64,000 nt of DNA from Leidyana gryllorum EB-2025a. Taxonomy: Eukaryota; Protista; Apicomplexa. This document shows, piece by piece, positions 34,254-45,840 of the stretch. The stretch is from the NCBI GenBank assembly GCA_048772705.1, contig JBLWGC010000051.1:124001-188000 (forward strand), given 5' to 3'. The notes below the pieces were generated by a model, which was given only the letters and a program-made list of their open reading frames with translations, was not told the DNA's origin and did not search any database. Within the stretch, counting starts at the first letter, position 1. Each line of letters opens with the position of its first letter. The translations under genes and the position numbers were made by a program.

Positions 34254-36128
34254 ATGGTTACTTTGGGCGAATACCTTTGCGAGCGTCTTTATCAAGCTGG
34301 TGTCCAGCACCTCTTTGGTGTACCTGGTGATTTCTCGCTCGGTCTGTTCAATTTCGTTATCAAGAGCAAGATTGAGTATGTTGGAACCTGCAATGAGCTG
34401 AACGCCGCTTACGCTGCTGATGGGTATGCCCGAGTTAAGGGTATTGGAGCCTGCGCAAGCACTTATGCTGTTGGAGAACTCAGTGGATTGAACGGGGTCG
34501 CCGGTTCCTTCGCGGAATCTGTGCCTGTGGTGTGCCTTGTTGGTGCTCCAGCCCGCCGTTTCTTCCTTGAAATGCCCCTCCTCCATCATACTCTCGGAGA
34601 CTACATGATACCAATGAAAATGTTCACAATGATCACTTGCGCCCAGACTATGTTGTCTGACCCCTTGACCTGTGCCACCGAAGTTGACCGCGTCCTGAAC
34701 GCGTGCCTCCGCCAGAAGAAACCCATCTATGTCGGCGTGCCCAGTGACATGATCAAGCAGGAGATTGTCATTCCTGCATCATTGAGGAAGAATCCGTCGG
34801 TCTGTGTCGTTACTGAGACCTCGACCACAGCAGAAGATATAATGCCTTTCGAGATCATCCCGCCCCCACAAAGTGACAAAGATGCCCTTATGGAGGCTGT
34901 GGATGAGATTGAATCCCGTCTGCGCGCTGCCAAACAACCAATCCTCATCCCCGGTGTGGAATTGATCCGTCGTCGCATGGGACCCAAGGTGAAGCAGCTT
35001 GTTGAGACTATCAATGTCCCTTATGCCACGATGTTGCTCGCTAAGGGTATCCTGGACGAGGATCAGTCGCACTTCATCGGATTGTACAGTGGCAACCGCA
35101 GTCGTAAAGCTGTGAAAGAATACATCGACAACAGTGACTGCGTTCTCATTATTGGAGAACGTCTGACTGATTTCAACACTGGAGGTTTCACAGCGATGTT
35201 CAATCTCAAGACTCGAGTGCTTTTCACTCACGATGCTGTGTCGGTCAGCAGTCATACCTATAACAATGTATACATTGAAGAAATCTTGGACGAGATTCTG
35301 TCTAGATTTGAAGGCAAGGCTTTGACTGTTCATCCCGACGTCTGCTGGCCGGTTGCGAGGAAGGGTTGTGTGCACAGAAAGCCTTCCCATGAGGAAGACG
35401 CTTTCAGCAGCGCCCTTCAGGCAGACTTGGATCAGTCCCGGGACCGTGTCACTCTCGATCCAGTCGAAGGTACTTTCAACTACAACAAGGAGGCCGATAA
35501 ACCCGATCTCTCTATCGATCAAGACCTGACAATGTCTCACGTGTTCGAGAGAGCTGCTCGTTTCATTCCTGAACGTTCAATCGTTATGGCCGAAACTGGC
35601 GCCTCCCTCTTCAGTGCCGCTGAAACGATGCTCCCTAAGGGCTGCATTTTCATTGGACAGACCTTCTACGGCAGTATTGGATACTCAGTCGGAGCCTGCC
35701 TTGGCGCAAGCGTTGCAGCCAAGACTGAGAATCGCAATGTCATTTTGTTTGTCGGAGATGGCAGTTTCCAAGTGACAGCCCAGGATCTTTCTACCATGTA
35801 TCGTTACAAGTGCACTCCCCTGATTTTCTTGATCAACAACGACGGATACACCATCGAACGGGTTATCACCGATAACATATACAACGATATTCAAGCTTGG
35901 AAGTACTCCGACCTCCCCAGAACCTTTGGAGGCCAACGCCGAGGCATCAAGGTTCAGACTAAGCGGGAATTGGAGCTCGCCATGAACGCAGTTGAAGAAG
36001 ACTGGAACAAGGGTGACGCTAAGACGCAAGAGCCTCGTATGATCGAAGTTGTGCTCGATCGCTGGGACTGCAATGAGCTTCTCAAGGAAGCTGGACGTAC
36101 CATGGCTCGCAACAATGACCTACCTTAG
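34254..36128 (+). CDS. PDC: Pyruvate/2-keto-acid decarboxylase (TPP-dependent), intronless
   Basis: FGVPGDF, CNELNAAYAADGYAR, GELS, LLHHTLG, GSIGYS, GDGSFQ, NNDGYTIER; catalytic residues appear intact. Confidence 0.93.
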   Translation: MVTLGEYLCERLYQAGVQHLFGVPGDFSLGLFNFVIKSKIEYVGTCNELNAAYAADGYARVKGIGACASTYAVGELSGLNGVAGSFAESVPVVCLVGAPARRFFLEMPLLHHTLGDYMIPMKMFTMITCAQTMLSDPLTCATEVDRVLNACLRQKKPIYVGVPSDMIKQEIVIPASLRKNPSVCVVTETSTTAEDIMPFEIIPPPQSDKDALMEAVDEIESRLRAAKQPILIPGVELIRRRMGPKVKQLVETINVPYATMLLAKGILDEDQSHFIGLYSGNRSRKAVKEYIDNSDCVLIIGERLTDFNTGGFTAMFNLKTRVLFTHDAVSVSSHTYNNVYIEEILDEILSRFEGKALTVHPDVCWPVARKGCVHRKPSHEEDAFSSALQADLDQSRDRVTLDPVEGTFNYNKEADKPDLSIDQDLTMSHVFERAARFIPERSIVMAETGASLFSAAETMLPKGCIFIGQTFYGSIGYSVGACLGASVAAKTENRNVILFVGDGSFQVTAQDLSTMYRYKCTPLIFLINNDGYTIERVITDNIYNDIQAWKYSDLPRTFGGQRRGIKVQTKRELELAMNAVEEDWNKGDAKTQEPRMIEVVLDRWDCNELLKEAGRTMARNNDLP

Positions 36129-36175
36129 GCGACCCGACGTTGTATTGAGGGTGGATCTTATAGATGATTAACTCA

Positions 36176-37996
36176 TCAAGAACCGAGACATGCCTCTAAT
36201 GTCGAAATAGGTTGCTGGTTAAGAATTTGTGTGGTAGAACGTGATTTATAATGGCTAGTAGAATAAACGGTTGCGAACTCAATACATCCATCATCCATCG
36301 TATCGCTAAAAGTATCGAAAAATTGCTTCTGGATGGTTGGTTCCCGCCCAAATGGCCCCACACGAATGTGTTCAATTGTCCAGCTGGGATTTGTAGGTGG
36401 GTTGTCAGTTTATGGGTCTTTTAACCGTTGATAGAGGAGAAGATAGGCATTCCGCATGTCTAAGAGCCCGTTGAAATGTGATCGTGAGCTAGTGAAAAAG
36501 TCTTTGATCTGCAACCCCGTGAGTGGTGTAACAAGCTGATCGTCCACCAAACACCAATCATTATCTTGCACAATATTTGGATCTTCGTATTGGTCATATT
36601 CCAGACCGTAACTGAGATGTTGTTGTCTGACCACCGTTACATAGTGCCCCGCCAGCAACGAAGCTCCAATATGGCACACCACTGCAAATAGACGCAACTT
36701 TACTTTCTTGCTGCATTCATCATGACTCCTCTCTACTCGATCTTTACATGATTGTAACGGCGGATCGACAGTGATGAAGCTTTTGAGGTGACGCAATGCT
36801 TCACCGACCGGCATATCGGGGAAGATGGTGACCGTATTTTGGGGTGTTGGGAGCTCCATCTCAGGAGAGAAGGTGCAGATGTCGTTGATTTTCGATCCAA
36901 CTCCTCGCAGATTGTCAAATCGGAAGCGTTTGATGTGCAAGCACAATATGTGAGGGATGGACCAGATTTTAGACTTGCGCATCGCCGGTTGTAGCATTTG
37001 GCAGTAGTCACAACTGTATTTCTCTCCGTGACAAAGCAGTTCAGGCACTTCCATCTTAGCAATGCTTCTTCTGATGTCCGGTCGGGATCTTCCGACCGAT
37101 GAGGGGGGGATAATATCGACTGGCAGATTCACAAAGCGTTCCAGGTTCACACTCTTGTGTTGGCACGCCAAACAGATGGTTTCATGGCTGATGTACCCTT
37201 CAAACAACGTCACTAATGGATTGTGATTGTGAGTAACGACGTCTTTCGCCGTGTTATGTCGGCCTTCCGGGGCCGATTTCAACACGCGTAAATCTCCATC
37301 GTCAGCCGTCTTCCTCGAAGAGGTAGGAAGGCCCAGAAAGCTGTCTCGTCGCTTTGCACACGCACCATTGGCGTTGGCCCCGGACTCTGATACCGTTGCT
37401 TCAGCGATTGGCCCGTCTGTCATCGTTAGCATAAATTCATAGACAGGCGGCGGCGGGGTGTGCACGGGACCGGAGAGCACAGGTGTTGTCCGATTTGTAC
37501 AGGTGGACGCGCGGGGAGGACATGTGTCCTCGATGTGGTTGATGAGAAAATTGAATAGCTCGTGGGCATCCTGCTGCACATTCGGGGACCAATCCGGATT
37601 CCGCCGTGAAATGCGATTGAAGAGGCTGTTGGGGCTCAACGAGCTTGAGCGAGTATGGATCATGTCATTGAACAGCTGGTAAAAGGCTATGCTAATATCG
37701 TCCCCAGCAAAGAACGAGGCGTCCAAGCTCGACACCAGGTCACGAAGCAGTGAGGAACCATACAACGCCACCATTATGGCGTTGAAGTAACATGTTGAGC
37801 CAAAGTTGTGTAGACCACATATACTCGTATTGTTCCTTTTCATCCGTGGAATGCCTTGCCCCGACCGCAGATACTCGATGGGGTTGCATCGAGCCCTTTC
37901 ATGCTGGCGTCGTCGGTGTGATGATGTTTCTTGAGGCTCCTGGTCCACTGGGAACGATTCTATCCTCTTAGAGGGACGTGAAGACTCATTGCCCAT
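36176..37996 (-). CDS. Ubiquitin-specific protease (C19, USP12/46-like) with possible N-myristoylation
   Basis: MGNESS start; GLHNFGSTCYFN, QQDAHE, CxxC zinc fingers, HIG...GHY. A probable 42-nt intron 36425-36384 extends the C-terminus to 36176; unspliced stop is at 36410. Confidence 0.88.
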
Positions 37997-38030
37997 CCCC
38001 GCTCCTCACCCACTCCGAAAATGTTCGATG

Positions 38031-39605
38031 CTAAATCCCATCTCTCAACAGTGCTGCAAACCACAACCCAGCAACTACGCCTACTAGCTGAGTCATCACG
38101 CTAATGGAGGTCGCGCACCCCTTCTTCCTGTCACTGTTCAAACCGTCCCCAAGGTGCATGAAGAATAGTGTCAGCAACCACCCATTACTCAACCCAATCA
38201 ACGTGACCATCAGCGACTGAGCCACAACAGACTTGGACAACTGCCACCGCATACCGCACAATACATCAGATACTCACCACATAGTCGGGGTATTCAAATG
38301 ACAGAATGGCCATTGCCAATAAGACAAGTCGAGCGTGACTTAAATGACCAGACCACTTCTTGCTCACTTGCAGCGATGGCACGTTCGCCAAGTATCTACC
38401 TCCAAAGTCACAGATTTGGTAAAAGCCTGTCAGTCGGTCTTGAGCTTGCGTTGTCAGGTTGAGCCCCAGAGGCACAAGATTCGGTATTATCTGATGAGTG
38501 TGCACGCATTGCCACCGTCACTAATCCCGCCAAACTCACTACATAACTGATCCATAGAATGAAACAGAGGTGCCATTGGCAGACGGCTGTTTGCCATGCC
38601 ACCTCGAGAATATTGACATGTTCTGACTCGTTTGCAGCCATTGACATTGAGTCTTCAGCTTGAACTGGGCTTATTACACACTTCGATTCAGCCGAAGACA
38701 AGGGGGTTAGATTCTGCGATCCAGACAATAAAGGTCTGCTCGCTCCAGTGGTGGTACTCGTGGTCGTCGAGTGACGAGGTAATACTTCTTCAATGTCATC
38801 AATGCCTCGCACACTGCTCGATCTGGAGCTGATGACATTCTCGTCCATCTGCCTTTTCGCTCTCCATGCGGAGTATTCAGGACGACTCTTCAACCGCATC
38901 ACAGCCACAACTGCCGCCAAACCCACGACTGTTGCCAAAACTTGCTGACTCCACACTGCTGCGGCTCCGCCCGTAGCAGTATCAGTCGAGAAAAGAACTT
39001 CGGTCGTGAACACCCAATACGCGTACGATATGACACCAGAAGCCCCGAAGCCCATCGAAAACCATCCTGCCAGCTGAATGCGATCCAGACATACGGCATA
39101 GGCAAACGTCACAGATTCCACAACTCCGGATGCCACTCCCGCGAAGACGGATATTATGATGAAGGCTGCAAACCCCCATCTTGTCTGCAACGGCGAGTTA
39201 ACCCAACTACCAGTGTTACACCCCCACCTGGCGAAGGGCATATTGACAAACGAACCCCGTTACAATAGGAGCGATGAATAAGACCACGGCACCCATTACG
39301 GCCAAGTTGCGTCGCAGAGGGGACATCAAGACCAACGGAATAGTAGCGATGAGGACAGCGCTGTTGAAAGCGGACGTCGCCGAGCTTGCAAGGTCATGCT
39401 CGTTAGTGTACAGGTGGCGTACAATGGTTGGTAAACAGTTCAGCAACTCTTGCCAGAATAGGCCGGCACACGCACCAAAAATCAGGAAGATGAGCTTAGT
39501 TTCGGCAGTGACTTTCTGCTCACTACGCTCACTATCCACGGCTAGGTACGGCACCTCCAGGCGTAGAGCTTGGACCTCCTCTTCGAGGCCTCGTGTCCCA
39601 GACAT
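38031..39605 (-). CDS. Equilibrative nucleoside transporter (ENT/SLC29)-like
   Basis: Multiple TM helices; FWQELLN, GFGASGV, CDFGGRYL, ARLVLL, GLSNGWL, GVVAGLW; short introns. Confidence 0.75.
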
Positions 39606-39625
39606 GAAGATCAAAAACTAATTTA

Positions 39626-40345
39626 TCAGATCACTGGCTCGTACCCTTGCCGAATGAGTGACAAGTTAGGCCCTAGGAAAGAGGGTAGGGCTAACTCAGG
39701 GTCGTGAGTATCTTGGACTTCGTTTTCCTCCGTCAAAGTCGACGTATCGGACTTTTGCGTCAGGTATCTCAAAAGTTGAAGGGGGATCCGCACTAACTGC
39801 ATCACTGGATTCCAAATGGCGTCGTGGAATGCAATATTTCCTGCTTTCTTCAAGCACAACTGCAAGGTGCTCAGTGAGGTGGACCGCTGCTGCAACAGAG
39901 TGGCATAGCGCTGCCCCAGCCACACGTACACCATCAGCACCAATGCCAGCAATAGGACAACCTCTACCAACACAAAAGCAATAGATGCGTCCATCGGGGT
40001 GTCGACCAGATCCGGATATGGTTCCTTGGCTTGCGATGGGCTTGCCCCAAATAGTGCTCCTGCTGGGGTGGCTGGAATCACAACCTTGACACTGGCTGAT
40101 ATTGAGTCGTCAGCTGCTTGTGGGGGAATCTGGTCAACCGATTTGGAAGAAACTCCGACCGTGGGTGTCGACGGAATTGTGCCTGACCGCTCCACTTGTA
40201 TATCGCCCTGATCATCAAGTGCCTCGAGGAACATTGCCTCGAAAAGTGGATCAGGCATTCTGAACAGGCCGAAGTCCGCCTCGGGCTGATCCATCATCCG
40301 CTGCCCCAAGGGCCTGGCGAACCTGAAGGGAAGAGGTTGATACAT
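39626..40345 (-). CDS. Hypothetical single-pass membrane protein
   Basis: Open frame with hydrophobic segment IAFVLVEVVLLLALVLMVYVWL; the 5' end is uncertain. Confidence 0.55.
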   Translation of the reverse strand: MYQPLPFRFARPLGQRMMDQPEADFGLFRMPDPLFEAMFLEALDDQGDIQVERSGTIPSTPTVGVSSKSVDQIPPQAADDSISASVKVVIPATPAGALFGASPSQAKEPYPDLVDTPMDASIAFVLVEVVLLLALVLMVYVWLGQRYATLLQQRSTSLSTLQLCLKKAGNIAFHDAIWNPVMQLVRIPLQLLRYLTQKSDTSTLTEENEVQDTHDPELALPSFLGPNLSLIRQGYEPVI

Positions 40346-40479
40346 TCCTTTACACACGTGTGTGCGCAGAGACAGATGTGGCCTCCTCCTTTCTGTTCAG
40401 TAGAGTGCCTAACCTTCGCCTCTTCCAACAAAGTTGGCGAAGCCAACTCTGACGCTAGGGCGCGTTTCAAAGTGTTCAA

Positions 40480-41646
40480 TCACAATCTCTCCTCGGTCAG
40501 ACATTGTTCGGGAGGATCCCCTTTCTTCCACAAATAGTAGTGACCACTCTCATTTACCCCCAGAGCACGTTGTCGGATCATGTTTCGATATTTGTCCTTC
40601 AACTGGACATTATCACGTCCGCCAAGCGCATTTTTTGCCTTGCGTGCCATCGCACTCCAGTTGCCAACTCGATACTCATTCAAGAGTTCGACAAAGGTCT
40701 CAGTCTACAGAACATCATGTGGCAATTGGGTCACCTACCTCCTGAGCTAACCATCTCCTGCGAGTTGGTTTTGTACCTGCCGAACGTGGGGCTTCCATCT
40801 CCGACTCGCCTGACCAGCTGTGGCAGATTGTAGCGCAAGTGTGTGCTGATGTTACTCACGATATACGACGTCCGTCGGCTTGCGAATTGATGAATCGACT
40901 TCGTCTGGACGCAGACTTTTGCGGCGAGCTGTCCGACCGCCGCCGTTTTCGTCGTGTGCTACTCTGTCCGCCCTCTTCAGACCCATCCGGACCAGACGTA
41001 ATAGTGAGGGGTTCCGGCGGGCCCTCTGTATCCATTGGGCCCGCAGGTGGCCAACTGTGGGCCTGTTGAGGTTCAACTGAGTTTTGCTCAGATAATATGA
41101 CCTCTCCTCCGGATCCGGGTGGGTATCGGGGGTCTGAGGGCATTTTGACGAGGGGGGTGGACAGCTCGAGCAGGCGAGGTTGGGGGCCGTAGTGGGTGAG
41201 TAGGATGGAGGAGAGCTCGTGCCTTGTGGTCTCTATCACGCGCCTAAGCGAGTTCCACGGGGCGGTAGCAGCCCAATCATTCAGCACTATTGGATCGTTC
41301 TCTAAATCTCATGTACTCTAGCCTCACAGAGCAGAGTTGAGTCGCAAGCTAGTTTGAGGGAGATGACGGAGTGCAGACAAGCGGTGTGCCGGTCCTCCAC
41401 GGGTCCAAGTGACACACTGTAGGATGGCCAAACCATTTCCTCCGTTGGAGCAAAGGAGGAGGAGTCGCCCGGATTGCTGAAGGATAACGGGGGTGCAGCG
41501 GTGCCGGCGGAGTGCAAATCATTGGACAACCTGCTGCCTGTACACATACGTATATCGACGAGGGTGTCTCCACCTTCAGTGGGCCAGACGTATTCATGCT
41601 TGACATTGTCCGAGGGATTGTGCCCTAGATGGTATGGGATGTCCAT
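40480..41646 (-). CDS. Telobox-type Myb domain protein (TRF/TRB-like), multi-exon
   Basis: C-terminal single Myb repeat RRRWL..E ... YRVGNWSAM...RDNVQLKDKYRNM (telobox LKDKWRN-like); basic NLS-like RRKRRR. Confidence 0.7.
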
Positions 41647-41728
41647 GCTAGGGTTAGGTCACAGAGGTTTGAGGGTATTAGAGGTAGTTACGTGTTACGT
41701 CTACCAAAAAACAAGAAAGGATCCTTAA

Positions 41729-42151
<423 letters not shown>

Positions 42152-42263
42152 AAACACCGCATCCTCCAATCAGCAATAGACAAACGTGCATTTGTTACTT
42201 CGCAGCCCTTATCAAATGTTTGCCGTCGTACATTAACCAAAATCAACATTTGCGCTAAAGGCT

Positions 42264-45200
42264 ATGGAGCACAAAGACCTCGATGAGGATCTCGATCGCC
42301 ATCTCAATCTGAACCCCTCTCAGTCTGACAACAACCAGCAGCCTCCAAATACCGCCCAAGATAGTGGCGACCTGCGGAGCGCCCTCGAGGCCGAGGAGAA
42401 GAGGTCAGCCACCCTTCTGGCAACCCTCGACGATGCTGTGCTCAAGAACAATGCGCTCACGCGGGATTTGGAGTCTCTGGAGGCCCACGTCAAGGACGCA
42501 GAGCTCCTTTACCAGGCCAAAGTGTGTAAACCCCAACAAACTTCTCTTTGTGCGTAAAAGTGCCCCTTCATCAGCTATTGGAGAGCGACCTCAAGCTGAC
42601 TCAGGCTGAAGCAGACCTGGCGGCGTTGCAGCTAAATCAGAAATCCTTGGAAGAGGAGGCGAAAGAAGCCGCCGCGTTGCGCGAAAGTGTCAAAACACTG
42701 ACAGAATGGCACGCTGTATGTTCTATTACCCCACTGTGTGGTGAATGCTTATTGTGACCGCGCAGGACCTTACTGGCCAATTATTGGTGTGCGATGCTCA
42801 ACTAAAGCAGAAACAGGCTCTTCTAGAACGGTCTGAGGCCTCACGAGGCGATCTTGATACATTAGCCGTTGAGTATCGAGGGCTGTGTACCGTTCTTGAA
42901 GACAGCCAGGCAGTCAGCGATCAGTTAATCACTGCGTTTGTATCCCTCGAAAAGATGCTGCGGGTAAGGACGCGGCTCTCAGCAACTGGTTGCTCACTAA
43001 TAGTATCACGTACTCTTCTAACAGGCAAACAACGAGGAACTGCGCGAAGAGGTCAACGCTTTGAAACAGGCGTTGAGAGAAAGCGTCTTGAAGCTGTCCA
43101 CGGAGAAGGCCGAGATTGCGCGACAGCTTGTGGCCGTCACTGCTTCCCAAAAGGCACTGGAGGATCGTCTCAAGGAATTGGAACCACAGATTCTGTCAAA
43201 GTGGGACATCATCTTTGATAAAAGAGATGCGGCTGGGTAGGATGAACCCCACTTCCCACCAAAACCACCTGCAATGACTCACTCAGGGTACCGGGACATG
43301 AAACGTGGGAGCTCTGTATGGTGGTACAGAAGGAGATGAAGCGGCTGCAGGCGGAGTTCAGCACTGGGATGGCCCTTCTGTCGAGCAGTTGGGAGCTGGA
43401 GGGTGGTCGAAATGCTGCTGCTGTATTGTCCAGCTTCAAGCTCCTGACTCAGTTCGCCCAGCTCCAGAGGTGAGGCGCGGGAGTGGTGTTAGATCATCCG
43501 ATGTCTGCCAGGCTACTGACCCTCCCGCCCCTTTTGGCCAACTTTATCCTACGTGAAGATCTGGCCCACTGGGTGGCCATTCTCAAGGAGAATAGAAAAG
43601 TGAGTTGACGCACTAAAAGGTCGTGGACGAAGAAGCGAGCACAGACTTTGAGGAAGGACAAGTCCCCGATCCAATGGGTGATGCAAGCCACGAAGGACTT
43701 TTCGGATATGGTATTCTGGATGGAAGAGCTGTCTTCTTGGTGCACAGAAACCTCATTCCCCATTGAACATCTCATGGAGATCGATGTTACTGTAACGGAG
43801 AATGGCACTCGACAGAGTCTGGCGTCTCTGGTGGAGCCTGCTGTAGACTGTGTTACTCTTGTTATCGATGCCTGTTTGGCCGACCGGATGTCCGAAGCCA
43901 TATCGACTCGAAATTGTGCCGTAAGACCATCTTCAACCCCCAGCAGACTACTTTCTAACTGCTCGATTAGCTCCTGTCCACGGCCGTCAAGCGATTTCTT
44001 GACGAGAAGGGACGGACTCTAGATGACTTTCCTTCGCGTGAGAGCATGAGTACCGGGCTGCTCCGTCTGCTCTATGTTCGGTTGCTGGCATACCATCTTG
44101 CGCTGTGCACCGATGAAGATCTGTTCCAGGATGCGGGGCCTCGACTCGAACTGATCGCTCGTCAGAACGTCAATACACTGTTCGAGACCATACAGCGGAG
44201 GTGAGTTAGTTCCCCATTCCCTCGCCTTGCCGTCGACAGTGTCCCGTGACCGGCAGACAATTCGCCGAGTGGTTGTATTTGAAAGTGAACAAGGATGGCG
44301 ATGTATCGCTGCTCGTGCAGGACGAGCAGGGTGTGCAGCAAACATTCAGACTTGCGGCGAGGGTAAGCCAACGTCTTGGTACAGTGTTCCCGTTTCGACC
44401 CCATACTAAATATCTTATTAGTGTCTCAGGCGAGTGGCTTTGCTCGCCAGTTTCGAGGATCCCTCGGAGTACTGGACCATAACACAATTACCTATAGCGA
44501 AAGAAAGCCTCTCAACTCCAACGGCAGCACCTCTGAGAGACAGAAGTTTGGACTCGGTAGGAATTTTAAGCACCACTTCCTATTTCAAGTGTGTGTGTGT
44601 GCTCAGCTGGTCGAAGAAGTTGATGAGTTGATCAATGCCTTCAACACTGTCAGTGTCAGGGAAGAGACTCTGATGATGGTGGAGACGCTCCGGTTCAGTC
44701 AGAAGCAGCCAACGACCACTAGAGGAGCGTCAATCGATCTCGATCTCCCAGCGACAGCGACGAGCAAAGTGCTGGACAGACGCACGTCTGTCCGTGAGAG
44801 CACAGCTGTCAAGGAGGAGTTGGCCATCACCAAATTACAGCTCGAGCAGTAAGTTTGGATATCGAAGAGTTGGGAGAAAAGAATCGATGCGCTGTACAGA
44901 TTGAAGCAACGAGAGGCAGAGTTTGCGGCAGCCGAACAGAATCGCCGGCGACTGAATGACCAGATATCAAAAGATGCTACGCGGTTGTCTGCCTTGGAGA
45001 ACGAGAACAACCGGTTGAAGACCGAAATGGAAAAATGGAAGTCAATGTATGCTGTGGCGGAGAAGGAACGCAGAGAGGCTCTGGATACACGGATGAGCAG
45101 AGTTCTGGCTCCTCCTTCCGTGGCAGCCTTGGAGTTGCTGAAGGTCAAAGCAGCAGCCGCAAGGATGGAAAGAGAACTGATAGATTTAGCGGTGAGTACG

Positions 45201-45745
45201 GAGAGTTTGTTCGACGTCTTTGACACCGGATTGTAGACACGGGCTGCAAGTCAAGACTGGCACAAGTTGGAGACCGTTTACAAGCTGCCGGCTCTGGATC
45301 CTCCCAAACGGTTGGCTGGGGAGAACGAGGTGGCTCGTGCACTGTCGCTTCGTCGACAACTCATCTTGCACTCGACTAAGAATAACGCCCTGGAGGGTTT
45401 GATGGCAGCAATCGAGAAGGGTCACAGCATCAAGAAGCCTGTACCTGGATTACTGAAGGATCTGTTGGGTCGGCAATTATCGACCCATCAAGAATTGCTC
45501 AAGGTCAAAGGGCAGATACGCAGTTTGACGACTCCTGAGCACAGGGCTAAAGCCAGCATCTTGCCGGCACTCAACCCGCTGACGAACACTACGGAAAATG
45601 CGACGGTAAGAAAGAATTCGGTGTTGAGCGCATTGCGATCTCGATGCAGCTGGTGATGAAGATCCCGACTGAGAAGGCCGAAGTCTATCCCAAGGTGTTG
45701 GCGAGTCGTAGAGATCTGCAAGATGTGATGAGTGTGGTCTTCTAA
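42264..45745 (+). CDS. Large coiled-coil protein, possibly dynactin p150-like without CAP-Gly (multi-exon)
   Basis: Exons can be joined by GT-AG introns. N-terminal coiled coil, helical middle, second coiled coil (REAEF...LENENNRLK), then KLPALDPP and terminal KVLASRRDLQDV, resembling the p150 C-terminus. Confidence 0.45.
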
Positions 45746-45840
45746 AGGTTTGGTTTGGGTTGGGTGGTTGAGTTTGATTGGCGAGTCCTACTCTCTCTCT
45801 TGGGGATCGCAGTACTGACTGTGATCGCAAAAATTCCTGG

